Shown here: positions 27,588 through 39,034 of the stretch, piece by piece
How positions within the stretch are numbered: position 1 is the stretch's first letter
How the letters are laid out: every line of letters starts with the position of its first letter
From: Candidatus Kuenenia stuttgartensis
Lineage (GTDB): Bacteria; Planctomycetota; Planctomycetia; Pirellulales; UBA1268
Reading direction: 5' to 3'
NCBI GenBank assembly: GCA_945870505.1
Contig: CAMBSN010000002.1
Span: 10,366 to 74,365 of the forward strand
Length of the DNA stretch: 64,000 nt
Notes under the pieces: generated by a model
What the model saw: only the letters and a program-made list of their open reading frames with translations
Database searches by the model: none
What the model was told of the DNA's origin: nothing
Translations under genes and position numbers: made by a program

Positions 27588-28252
27588 TCAGGAAGCGCGG
27601 GGGAGAATCTCGAGCAAGACGCTCTCGTGGTCGCGGCCGCGGATCGGCCAGGAGGCAACCCGGCGGATCGTGACGCGCCTGGTGAGCCCGCGGAACCGGG
27701 CGTCGTCCCGCTCCTCCTCCCACCGCGGCCCTTTCACCACGAGCAAGCGGCCGTAGGCGTCGGCGATTGGCTCGAACCAGCCGAGGAGTTTTCCGAGCGG
27801 CGCGACGGCGCGGATGACGAGCGTGTCGAAGCGGCCTGGCCCGGACGGCCGCTTGGCTACGAGGGCCTGCGCGGCGCCGGCATGCGCGGGGATCGTGAGG
27901 CCTGACTCGCGGACAATCTCAGCGACCGCCCGGGCCTTCTTCGCCACGCTGTCGCAGAGCTCGACTCGCAGGTCGGGTCGGAGGATCGCCAGGATCACCC
28001 CCGGCACGCCGCCTCCCGTGCCGACGTCGAGCACCCGCTCGCCGTGGGCCAGGTGCGGGGCGATCGCCGCGGCGTCGGCCACGTCGCGAGACACAAACGC
28101 CTCGGCATCAATGTGCCGCGTGAGATTCAGCCGCTCATTCCATGCCCAGAGGCTGGCCGCATACGCGGCCAGCCTCTGCATGGCTTCAGGCGGAACGACG
28201 AGCCCGAGGCGACCGCATTCCGCCGCGATCGCCTGCACGAGGTCGTCGTTGA

Positions 28253-28256
<4 letters not shown>
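27588..28256 (-). CDS. rsmG: 16S rRNA (guanine527-N7)-methyltransferase
   Basis: Contains [10 protein letters not shown] and the SAM motif [13 protein letters not shown]. Length and layout fit GidB/RsmG. Confidence 0.9.
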
Positions 28257-30427
<2,171 letters not shown>

Positions 30428-30669
30428 GGGAGATCCTTCGGAGGAAAGAGGTGATGAACGGCAGGATGGAACCGGTTCCGGGTCTCGCGACGCCGAAACA
30501 CAATAGACGATCAGGGTCACGCGTGTCCGCTCACACGCGAAACCTCAGGATCAGGTTCGGCCCGTCGCAGCCAGAAGAAGTTCGGCGACGGACCACGTTT
30601 CAAGCAGCGCGAAAGAATATCGGCGGGACGAGCTGTGTTCAAGGCGCGGCAGCCTGCTGCCCGGCCGCT

Positions 30670-32412
30670 TCAGCGGGCGGCCGTGGACCGGCCCGACGGG
30701 CGGGTGGCCGGACGGGGCACCGCACGCCGAGCGACGTCGGTTGCCGCCGCCAACGCCGCGTCCCCGGAGGCGACAGGCATCTGGCCGTCCACGGGCCGGG
30801 CGGTCGCGTGCACCGCGACGTCGGGCTCCACGCCGACGCCGCTGTACGGGAGACCCCGCGGGGAGAAGAACTTCGCCGTCGTCAGTCGCATCCCCACGCC
30901 CGCGGCATCGAGCGGGAAGATGCCCTGGATCGAACCCTTCCCGTAGCTCCGTGCCCCGACGATCGTGCCCCGCGCGTGGTCGCGGATCGCACCGGCGAAG
31001 ATCTCACTGGAGCTCGCCGAGTCACCGTCGATCAGCACCACCAGTGGCATCCGCCAGGTGCCGGGGCGGCCGGCCGAATAGTTGAAGTCTTCGTCCGGGC
31101 TGCGGCCCCGCGTGGCGACCACCAGGCCCCGCTCGAGAAACAGATCGGCCACGTCCACCGCCGCCGAGAGCAGCCCGCCGGGGTTGCCACGGAGGTCGAT
31201 CACCAGCGCCCGCATGCCCGCGGCATCGAGTCGCCGCAGGGCGGCCTCGAGGTCGGCTGCGGTTGTCTTCTGGAACGAGGTGAGCTTGAGTGCCGCAATG
31301 CCCGCAGTGGCATCGAGCATCCGCACGTCCTCGATGCTCGGCACCTCGACATGCTCGCGGCGGACCGACACGGCGCGAGCCGGCGCCGGTGCCCGCAGGA
31401 TGGCCAGCGTGACGAGTGATCCCTCGGGGCCCTGCAGCAGGTGAGCAGCCTCGTCCACGCCCATGCCGGCGAGCGATCGGCCACCGACGCCCACGAGGTG
31501 GTCGCCGGCGCGGATGCCAGATCGTTCCGCGGGGCTTCCCGGGATCACATGGACCACGAGCAGGCCGTCGGCGGCGCTCTTGAGTTCCACGCCGAGCCCC
31601 ACGAAGTTGCCCTCGATCTGAGCGTAGAGATCGTCGAGTTGGCCATTGGTGAGGAAGGCCGAATACTCGTCGAGCCCGCCGACCGCGGCCGCACTCATCT
31701 CCATGAGCGTGACGGCCGGGGCAACGCCGAGGATCGAGTGGGCGGCGCGGGCGACCCAGGCCGCCACGGCTTCCGCATCCTCCTGGCATCCGACGCTGCG
31801 CCCCGCGACGATCCGCGTCACCTGCTCGCGGTAGACGCTCGCCCGCTCCGGCGTCGCCTGGGCGGCGTGGGTCGCCACGAAGGCCGGCTCCTCGAGGGCG
31901 ACGTCAACGGCCCTGATCCCGCGGTTGACGAGCCGGGCGAAGTCGGGGGTGTCGACGTGATGCGAGCCGATCCGCGAGAGCACCTCGCCGTAGACCCGCC
32001 GAGCGTCAGTCTCGGAGAGGCCGGCGAGTTGGTTGCGGAATGCCGGCTCGGCGTGCCGCCGGGCAACGTCGCAATGGAGTTTGGCGAGGTCGTATTGGTG
32101 GCGGAGCGACGCGGCGAGCGTACCCTTGCGGGCTGCGGTCTCGCAGATACACACGACGTCGGACCAGCGGCCCTGGTGCACGAGCGCCGTGGTGCGGGCC
32201 GCGAGATCCTCGGAGGGAATGGCCGCTGCGATCGACAGATCAGCCGGCTCGGGGGCGACCGGTGCCCAGGTGGCCGGCTCGGCCGCGGTCGTCCACGATC
32301 CGATGCCCCACGCGACCAGCGTCGCCGCGATCAGCCAGCCGCCGCGGACGAGCCGACAGAGACCGCGCGACGGCAGGGGGCGGGCGACTGGCACGATGGC
32401 ATCCGTTCGCAC
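30670..32412 (-). CDS. S41-family carboxy-terminal processing protease with a PDZ domain
   Basis: The PDZ segment is VIPGSPAERSGIRAGDHLVGVGG. S41 motifs are DLRGNPGG, SASSSEIFAGA and YGKGS.Q. It has an N-terminal signal or TM segment. Confidence 0.85.
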   Translation of the reverse strand: MRTDAIVPVARPLPSRGLCRLVRGGWLIAATLVAWGIGSWTTAAEPATWAPVAPEPADLSIAAAIPSEDLAARTTALVHQGRWSDVVCICETAARKGTLAASLRHQYDLAKLHCDVARRHAEPAFRNQLAGLSETDARRVYGEVLSRIGSHHVDTPDFARLVNRGIRAVDVALEEPAFVATHAAQATPERASVYREQVTRIVAGRSVGCQEDAEAVAAWVARAAHSILGVAPAVTLMEMSAAAVGGLDEYSAFLTNGQLDDLYAQIEGNFVGLGVELKSAADGLLVVHVIPGSPAERSGIRAGDHLVGVGGRSLAGMGVDEAAHLLQGPEGSLVTLAILRAPAPARAVSVRREHVEVPSIEDVRMLDATAGIAALKLTSFQKTTAADLEAALRRLDAAGMRALVIDLRGNPGGLLSAAVDVADLFLERGLVVATRGRSPDEDFNYSAGRPGTWRMPLVVLIDGDSASSSEIFAGAIRDHARGTIVGARSYGKGSIQGIFPLDAAGVGMRLTTAKFFSPRGLPYSGVGVEPDVAVHATARPVDGQMPVASGDAALAAATDVARRAVPRPATRPSGRSTAAR

Positions 32413-32594
32413 TTGCCGCGAATGGTCGCGGCGGCCGGCGGTCGATCCGTTGACCGCTCGCGATTATGGATCACGAAAGGGCGGTGGGCAAAAAATCGGG
32501 ACGCCTGAAATCCCACGATCGCGGCCTGAAAAAGCCTCCGCAGCCGCTACGACCGCTACCGCCTGCCGGGACGACACGTTGGTAGGATAGGAGC

Positions 32595-33281
32595 GTGACG
32601 CACCAGCCCCCTACGACCGGTTCCGATGGCCGTGAAGGCGGGGCGGCGATGCCGGCCGACGCCCAACCGCCAGTCACGCTCGTGCTCCTCGACCGCGTCC
32701 GCGACGGCGACGCCGACGCCGTCAACCGGCTCCTCGAGCGACACCGCGCTGCGATCCGCCGGATGATCGACTCCAGGATGGACCGCGTGATCGAGCGGCG
32801 GGTTGACGCCAGCGACATCGTCCAGGATGTGATGATCGAGGCAAACAGGCGACTGGCCGACTACCTCGCGAACCCGACGATGCCGTTTCGGCTCTGGCTG
32901 CGGCACATGGCCCGCGATCGGCTCATCGACGCGCACCGTCGTCATCGTGTGGCGGCGACCCGTAGTCTCGATCGCGAGGTGCCACTGGTGGCCCGCGACG
33001 GCGACGGCTCCTCCGCCGACGGGCTCGTCGGGATTATCGACCGGGAACTGACGCCGGCGGCGGCGGCGACCTGGCACGAGCTGGAGCGGCGGTTCGCTGC
33101 GGCGGTCGATCTGCTCGACGACCTCGATCGCCAGATCGTGCTCCTCCGGCACTTCGAGCACCTCTCCACGGCTGACGCGGCGGAGATCCTCGGCCTGTCG
33201 AAGCCCGCCGCCGGGATGCGGTATCTCCGGGCCATGCGCCGGCTTCGGAGCCTGCTCGACGGCGGCCCCGACGGTTCCTGA
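32595..33281 (+). CDS. ECF-type RNA polymerase sigma factor
   Basis: Region 2 is DIVQDVMIEANRRLADY...FRLWLRHMARDRLID. Region 4 is LRHFEHLSTADAAEILGLSKPAAGMRYLRAMRRLR. The start is uncertain (GTG 32595 or ATG 32649). Confidence 0.85.
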   Translation: MTHQPPTTGSDGREGGAAMPADAQPPVTLVLLDRVRDGDADAVNRLLERHRAAIRRMIDSRMDRVIERRVDASDIVQDVMIEANRRLADYLANPTMPFRLWLRHMARDRLIDAHRRHRVAATRSLDREVPLVARDGDGSSADGLVGIIDRELTPAAAATWHELERRFAAAVDLLDDLDRQIVLLRHFEHLSTADAAEILGLSKPAAGMRYLRAMRRLRSLLDGGPDGS

Positions 33282-33347
33282 GGCCTCACCCGCCGCCGGG
33301 TCGTGCCTACCATTCCCCGGGTTTTGTTCCGCGTTTCATTGCCCGCC

Positions 33348-35087
33348 ATGCCGACCAGTATCCGCGCCATCGATGCCGAACTCGCCCCCGAGCGGGAGGA
33401 GGTCCTCGCGCAGCTCGTCGAGGAACTGTCGGAACGCGCAGGCGGCGACGCGCAGCACCTGCTCGACGCGATGACGCGGACCCACCCCGACCTCGCCGGC
33501 CAGCTTCGCGAACTATTCGCGACGATGTCGATGGCCGACGCCGTGGCCGAGCAGTCGACGATCATGCTGCCCGCCGGCGCGGCCGCGAGCCTCCGCCACG
33601 GCGTTCCGCCCGCGACCCCGGCAACTGACCCAAGCGGCCTGCCGGCTCTCGTTTCGCAGCCCGGCTCGTTCGTTCCTGGAGCCACGCCGCTGCCTGCCCT
33701 GTTTGGCGACTACGAACTCGAAGAGGAGATCGGTCGCGGCGGCATGGGCATCGTCTATCGGGCCGTGCAGCGGAGCCTCGGCCGCACGGTGGCACTCAAG
33801 ATGCTGCTCCGCGGAGATCTCGCCAGCCCCGCTGATCTGGCCCGGTTTCGCAGCGAGGCCGAGGCCGCCGCGCAGCTTGACCACCCGGGGATCGTGCCGA
33901 TCTTTGAGGTTGGCGAGCACGACGACCTGCCTTTCTACAGCATGCGGCTGATCGAAGGCACCACGCTCGCGAAGCGGCTTGCCGAGGGGCTGTTGCCCCC
34001 GCGCGAGGCGGCGGCCTTGCTCGCCAAGGTGGCCGATGCGATGCAGGCCGCGCACGAACGCGGCGTGCTCCACCGCGACTTGAAGCCCTCGAACATCCTG
34101 ATTGACACGGCCGGAGTGCCGCTCGTCTCCGACTTTGGCCTCGCCAAGCGGCTCGAGGACACGGACTCAGTCACGTACACCGGCGCGATCCTCGGCACGC
34201 CCTGTTACATGTCGCCCGAGCAGGCCGCCGGCAGTCGCGGCGACGTGGGGCCGACGAGCGACGTGTGGAGTCTCGGCGCCATCCTCTACCAGACCATCTG
34301 TGGCCGCCCGCCGTTTCAGGCGGCGACGCCGATGGACACGCTCTTGGCGGTGCTCGAAGTCGACCCGCCCGCCCCGCGGTCGGTCAGTCCGGCGGCCGAC
34401 CGCGACCTCGAAATGATCGCGCTCAAGAGCCTGCAGAAGCCGCAGGACCTCCGCTATGCGTCGGCGGCGGCCCTCGCCGCCGATTTGCGGGCCGCGTTGG
34501 CCGGCGAGCCGATTGCCGCCCGGACGGGCGGACTGGCGGACGTGGTGGCACGGGTGTTCCGCGAGACGCACCACGCGGTGGTGCTCGAAAACTGGGGCCT
34601 GCTCTGGATGTGGCACTCGGTCGTGGTGCTGGCGCTGTGCTGCATCACCGACGTGCTTGCCTGGCAGGGCCTCTCCGGCCGTTGGCCGTACCTCGTGCTC
34701 TGGGGCGGCGGCCTCGCGCTCTGGGCGCCGATCTTCTGGGCGCTGCGGCATCGCAACGGTCCCGTCACGGCGGTCGAGCGGCAGGTCGCGCACGTCTGGG
34801 GTGGCAGCATGATCGCGAGCACCTTCCTGTTTGCGATCGAACAACTCCTCGGCCTGCCGGTCCTCACGCTTTCCCCCGTGCTCGCGCTCTTCGCCGGGCT
34901 CGTGTTCTTCGTGAAGGCGGGCATCCTCTCGGGCGTGTTTTACGTGCAGGCAGCGGCGCTCTTCGCCACGGCGCTCGTCATGTGCCTCATGCCCGAATGG
35001 CAGCACGTGATCTTCGGGCTCGTGAGCGGCGCCTGCTTCTTCGTGCCGGGGCTGAAGTACTTCCGTCAGCGGAACCGGCCACAGTGA
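33348..35087 (+). CDS. Ser/Thr protein kinase with a C-terminal polytopic membrane domain
   Basis: Contains IGRGGMGIVYRA, VALK, HRDLKPSNIL, DFGLAK and GTPCYMSPEQ. The C-terminal roughly 170 aa has 5-6 hydrophobic helices. Confidence 0.9.
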   Translation: MPTSIRAIDAELAPEREEVLAQLVEELSERAGGDAQHLLDAMTRTHPDLAGQLRELFATMSMADAVAEQSTIMLPAGAAASLRHGVPPATPATDPSGLPALVSQPGSFVPGATPLPALFGDYELEEEIGRGGMGIVYRAVQRSLGRTVALKMLLRGDLASPADLARFRSEAEAAAQLDHPGIVPIFEVGEHDDLPFYSMRLIEGTTLAKRLAEGLLPPREAAALLAKVADAMQAAHERGVLHRDLKPSNILIDTAGVPLVSDFGLAKRLEDTDSVTYTGAILGTPCYMSPEQAAGSRGDVGPTSDVWSLGAILYQTICGRPPFQAATPMDTLLAVLEVDPPAPRSVSPAADRDLEMIALKSLQKPQDLRYASAAALAADLRAALAGEPIAARTGGLADVVARVFRETHHAVVLENWGLLWMWHSVVVLALCCITDVLAWQGLSGRWPYLVLWGGGLALWAPIFWALRHRNGPVTAVERQVAHVWGGSMIASTFLFAIEQLLGLPVLTLSPVLALFAGLVFFVKAGILSGVFYVQAAALFATALVMCLMPEWQHVIFGLVSGACFFVPGLKYFRQRNRPQ

Positions 35088-35107
35088 GCGTGACGCAACG
35101 AGTCGGC

Positions 35108-36409
35108 ATGGGCACCCGTTTGCAGGCTCACGGCATGCAGAGCAACTGGCCGGCTGCCGTCGCAGGATGCGGTGCACTGGCCTTCGTGGTGCTCGTGCTG
35201 GCGGGGGGCGCCCGTGCCGGTGACTGGCCGCAGATTCTGGGGCCTTTGCGGACTGGCGTGGCGGCCGCCGATGAGCGACTGGCCGATGCCTGGCCGGAGA
35301 CTGGGCCGCGGCAGGTCTGGAAGCGGGACGTCGGCGCTGGGGTGGCGGGCGTGGCCGTCGTGGGGAGCCGCGCGTTTCTCTTTCATCGCGTCGGCGATCG
35401 CGAGGTGCTCGAGGTGCTCGAGGCGACCACGGGCAAGACGCTCTGGCGGGACGACCACGCGACCTCGTTCGTGCCGCAGGTGGGCGGCAGCGATGGGCCG
35501 CTCTGTGCGCCCATCGTTCATGACGGCAAGGTCGTCGTGTTCGGAGCGCAGGGAGTGCTCGCCTGCGTTGAGGCTGCGAGCGGGCGGCGGGTCTGGGAAC
35601 GGCGGACGCATCGCGACTACGACGCCCAGGAGGGCTACTTTGGCGCGGGCTCCACGCCGCTGGTGGTCGCAGGTCGGGTGATCGTGAACGTGGGTGGCCG
35701 GAAGGGCGACGCCGGGATCGTGGCCTTCGACCTGGCGACGGGCGAGACGCTCTGGACGGCGACCCGCGAGGGGGCGAGCTATTCGGCGCCGGTGACGGTA
35801 ACCGCGGCCGGCGTCGATCGGGTGCTCATGGTCACGCGGCTCTCCTGCCTGCTTCTCGATCCAGCCGACGGGAGCGTGCGCTGGTCGTTTCCATTCGGGC
35901 AGCGTGGGCCGACCGTGAACGCGGCGTCGCCAGTGCTGCTGGGAGACGCGGAGTTTCTGGTGACCGCGTCCTACGGAATCGGCAGCGTCTGCGCCGCCTT
36001 TGACACGCGGGGCGTCACGCCGCTCTGGCAAGCCGCCGACGCGCTCGCCTCGCAGTACGCCACGCCGGTGCTCGTCGCGGGCAGCCTCTATGCCATCGAT
36101 GGCCGCGACGACGTGCCGCCGGCGAGCCTCGTCTGCCTCGATCCCGCCACGGGGAAGGTGCGGTGGCGGGAGCAGGGATTCGGCTATGGCACGCTGCTCG
36201 TCGCCGACGGAAAGATCATCATTGCGAAGACTGACGGCGAGGTGCTCCTCGTGCGTCCCGATGCCACGCGGCTCGACGTGCTCGCGCGGTCGCGGCCGTT
36301 CGCGGGCGACGTCCGCGGCGGCCCGCTACGGGCCCTGCCGGCCCTCGCGAATGGCCGGCTGTATCTGCGGAACGACCGCACGCTCGTGACCCTCGACGTC
36401 AGCCCGTGA
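35108..36409 (+). CDS. Secreted PQQ-like beta-propeller repeat protein (paralogue type of 8067..9323)
   Basis: It has a signal/TM segment (AVAGCGALAFVVLVLAGGARAG) followed by DWPQILGP and repeated propeller blades (G..LW, G...W). It starts 21 nt after the kinase stop. Confidence 0.8.
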   Translation: MGTRLQAHGMQSNWPAAVAGCGALAFVVLVLAGGARAGDWPQILGPLRTGVAAADERLADAWPETGPRQVWKRDVGAGVAGVAVVGSRAFLFHRVGDREVLEVLEATTGKTLWRDDHATSFVPQVGGSDGPLCAPIVHDGKVVVFGAQGVLACVEAASGRRVWERRTHRDYDAQEGYFGAGSTPLVVAGRVIVNVGGRKGDAGIVAFDLATGETLWTATREGASYSAPVTVTAAGVDRVLMVTRLSCLLLDPADGSVRWSFPFGQRGPTVNAASPVLLGDAEFLVTASYGIGSVCAAFDTRGVTPLWQAADALASQYATPVLVAGSLYAIDGRDDVPPASLVCLDPATGKVRWREQGFGYGTLLVADGKIIIAKTDGEVLLVRPDATRLDVLARSRPFAGDVRGGPLRALPALANGRLYLRNDRTLVTLDVSP

Positions 36410-36845
36410 CGCCGTCGTGCGTCTTGAGCGTGTCGGCGCCGAAGGGGAGCGGCAAGAAGTCGGCGAGGCGGAACGTGCCGCGGCCGTCGATCACGATCGC
36501 GGTGTCGCCCGTGCCGAACTCGGCGATCACCTGCAGGCAGGCGCCACAGGGCGCGATCTTCGCAATGAGCGCCCCCGACGAGTCGGTGCAGGTGACCGCA
36601 ATCCGCACGAGCCGGCGGCCGCCCGCCACCACCCCCGCGAAGATCGCCGACCGTTCGCCGCAGATCGTCAGGCCATAGGACCCGTTCTCGACATTCGCTC
36701 CCTTGAAGACCGTGGCGCCGGTCTCGGTGAACACGGCCGCGGAGCCGACCCGCCAGCCCGAGTAGGGCGAATGCGCGTTGGCTCCGGCGGCTCGGGCGGC
36801 GGCGAGCAGGGAGTCGTCGGAGGGGAGTGCGGATGGGGTGGACAT
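36399..36845 (-). CDS. cdd: Cytidine deaminase
   Basis: Contains the zinc motifs CGERSAI and PCGACLQ and is 148 aa long. Only the 3' third of ORF 36399..37634 is coding. Confidence 0.9.
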   Translation of the reverse strand: MSTPSALPSDDSLLAAARAAGANAHSPYSGWRVGSAAVFTETGATVFKGANVENGSYGLTICGERSAIFAGVVAGGRRLVRIAVTCTDSSGALIAKIAPCGACLQVIAEFGTGDTAIVIDGRGTFRLADFLPLPFGADTLKTHDGVTG

Positions 36846-37001
36846 CGGCAACCTCGTGGCAGTGGGGAAGAAAGGGGCTGGCGAAAGGGGTGGGGCGTTG
36901 CGGAGTCTACCGCTGCCGTGCGGCCGCGGCGCATTCGACAACATGCCTGCCCGCCGTATGATCACCTGGCCGTGTCTGGCAGGGAATCGGAGAATAGTCG
37001 C

Positions 37002-37637
37002 ATGTCGCGGGTTCAGGTGTCGTCGCATCCGCTGGTCGCGCACCACGTGGTCGCCCTCCGCGATCCGACCACGAAGCCCCCTGCGTTTCGCCGGACGGTC
37101 GAACAGATCACGCGGCTCTTGGCCGTCGAGGCCACCACGACCGTGCCCACGAACGACGTCAGCGTGCCCACGCCGCTCGGCGAGGCAAAGGGCCGGCGGA
37201 TCGCCGAGCGGATCGCGATCGTGCCGATCCTCCGCGCCGGCCTGGGCATGGCCGAGGGCCTTCTGGAACTGATTCCTGATGCCGAGGTCTGGCACATCGG
37301 CCTCTATCGCGACGAGGCCACCCTCCGGCCGCAGGAGTACTACAACAAGCTGCCCGCCAACTGCGGCGCCACGCTGGCGATCGTCGTCGATCCGATGCTT
37401 GCCACCGGCGGTTCCGCGATCCGTACCTGCGAGATCCTTCAGGCCGCCGGCATTCCGCGGATCAGCTTCCTGGCGCTGATCGCGGCGCCGCAGGGTGTCA
37501 AGCGGCTTGCCGAGGCGATGCCCGACGTCTCGATTCATGTGGCGGCCCTCGACGAGGGGCTCAATGACGTCGGCTTCATCGTGCCCGGCCTCGGCGACGC
37601 GGGCGACCGGCAGTTTGGCACCTCGGCCCAGCACTGA
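37002..37637 (+). CDS. upp: Uracil phosphoribosyltransferase
   Basis: Contains HPLVAHH, VPILRAG, the PRPP motif VVDPMLATGGS, and GFIVPGLGDAGDR. Confidence 0.95.
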   Translation: MSRVQVSSHPLVAHHVVALRDPTTKPPAFRRTVEQITRLLAVEATTTVPTNDVSVPTPLGEAKGRRIAERIAIVPILRAGLGMAEGLLELIPDAEVWHIGLYRDEATLRPQEYYNKLPANCGATLAIVVDPMLATGGSAIRTCEILQAAGIPRISFLALIAAPQGVKRLAEAMPDVSIHVAALDEGLNDVGFIVPGLGDAGDRQFGTSAQH

Positions 37638-37695
37638 TTCACTTCACCACGGTCTGACTCGCCCACGAGTCGTCCAGACCCCGGGATGCACCGCG

Positions 37696-39006
37696 ATGCG
37701 AGCCGTCGATCTGATCCGCAGAAAGCGCGACGGCGGTGAACTCACGGTCGACGAGATCCGCTTCATGATCGGCGGCATCGCCAGTCGCGAGGTGCCGGAG
37801 TACCAGTGGTCGGCCATGACGATGGCGATCCTCTGGCGGGGCATGACGCCCCGCGAAACCGCCGCGCTCGTCGACGCAATGCTCCACTCGGGAACGGTGA
37901 TCGACCTCTCCGACATCCCCGGTCCGAAGGTCGATAAGCACTCGACCGGCGGCGTGGGCGACAAGACGAGCCTGATTCTGGCGCCGATCGCCGCCGCCTG
38001 CGGCGTGACGGTGCCGATGGTCTCGGGCCGCGGTCTAGGCCACACCGGCGGCACGCTCGACAAACTCGAGAGCATCCCGGGCTTCCGCATCGACCTCGAT
38101 CTCGCCGCCTACCGCCGCGTGGTCCGCGAATGCGGCCTGGTGCTCATCGGCCAGACGGCCGAGATCGCGCCGGCCGACCGCGTGCTCTACGCGCTGCGTG
38201 ACGCCACGGCGACGGTCGAAAGTATCCCGCTGATCACCGCCTCGATCCTCTCCAAGAAACTGGCCGAAGGGATCGATGCACTGGTGCTCGACGTGAAGAC
38301 CGGCGACGGAGCCTTCATGGCGAAGCGGGAAGATGCCCGGGCCCTCGCTGAGAGCATGACGCGGATTGGCCGCGAACTCGGCAAGCCTGTGCAGGCCCTG
38401 ATCACGAGCATGGACGCGCCCCTCGGTCGCACCGTCGGCAACGCGCTGGAGGTCTGGGAGAGCGTCGAGTGCCTCAAGGGCCGCGGCCCCGACGATCTCA
38501 TGGAGGTATCGCTGGAGCTCGCCGCCGAGATGCTCGTGCTTGGCGGCGTGGCCGCGACCCGCGACGAGGCCCTGGCGAAGTGCCGCCGGTCGATCGCCGA
38601 CGGCTCGGCGCTCGAGCGGTTTCGCAAGGTGGTCGCGGCGCAGGGAGGCGATCCACGGGTCTGCGACGACCCGCTGGGTGTGCTGCCGAAGGCGGCGGTT
38701 GTTGGCCATTTTCGGGCCGAGCGATCGGGATTCATCACCGAGTTACGGGCGTGGGCGGTTGGGCAGGCATCGATGCTTCTGGGCGCCGGCCGGGCCCGCG
38801 TCGATTCCACGATCGATCCGTCGGCCGGAATCGTCTTCCTGCGGACCGTCGGTGATTCCGTGGCGAAGGGGGATGTGATCGCCGAGGTGCACGTCAATCG
38901 GACCCACGCGCTGATGGTGTCGAAGGCGCTGGCGATGCTCGCCGACGCGACGACGATCACCGACGCTCCACCCCCGACGCCATCGCTGATTCTCGAACGG
39001 CTCTGA
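37696..39006 (+). CDS. deoA: Thymidine / pyrimidine-nucleoside phosphorylase
   Basis: Contains IRRKRDGGEL, VDKHSTGGVGDKTSL and SGRGLGHTGGTLDKLESIPG, conserved motifs of the DeoA/Pdp family. Confidence 0.93.
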   Translation: MRAVDLIRRKRDGGELTVDEIRFMIGGIASREVPEYQWSAMTMAILWRGMTPRETAALVDAMLHSGTVIDLSDIPGPKVDKHSTGGVGDKTSLILAPIAAACGVTVPMVSGRGLGHTGGTLDKLESIPGFRIDLDLAAYRRVVRECGLVLIGQTAEIAPADRVLYALRDATATVESIPLITASILSKKLAEGIDALVLDVKTGDGAFMAKREDARALAESMTRIGRELGKPVQALITSMDAPLGRTVGNALEVWESVECLKGRGPDDLMEVSLELAAEMLVLGGVAATRDEALAKCRRSIADGSALERFRKVVAAQGGDPRVCDDPLGVLPKAAVVGHFRAERSGFITELRAWAVGQASMLLGAGRARVDSTIDPSAGIVFLRTVGDSVAKGDVIAEVHVNRTHALMVSKALAMLADATTITDAPPPTPSLILERL

Positions 39007-39034
39007 CCTTGTTTCCCTGGCACGAGGCATCACC

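Noticed and set aside
30428-30669. Riboswitch or sigma54 promoter in the glnN leader
   Set aside because: I could not find glutamine-riboswitch-like conserved segments or a GG-N10-GC element by eye. Only a covariance-model scan could settle it, so it is not reported as a feature.
36846-37634. Upstream two thirds of ORF 36399..37634 (411 aa)
   Set aside because: Only the last 148 codons encode cytidine deaminase. The remainder is antisense to the clearly recognisable upp gene.
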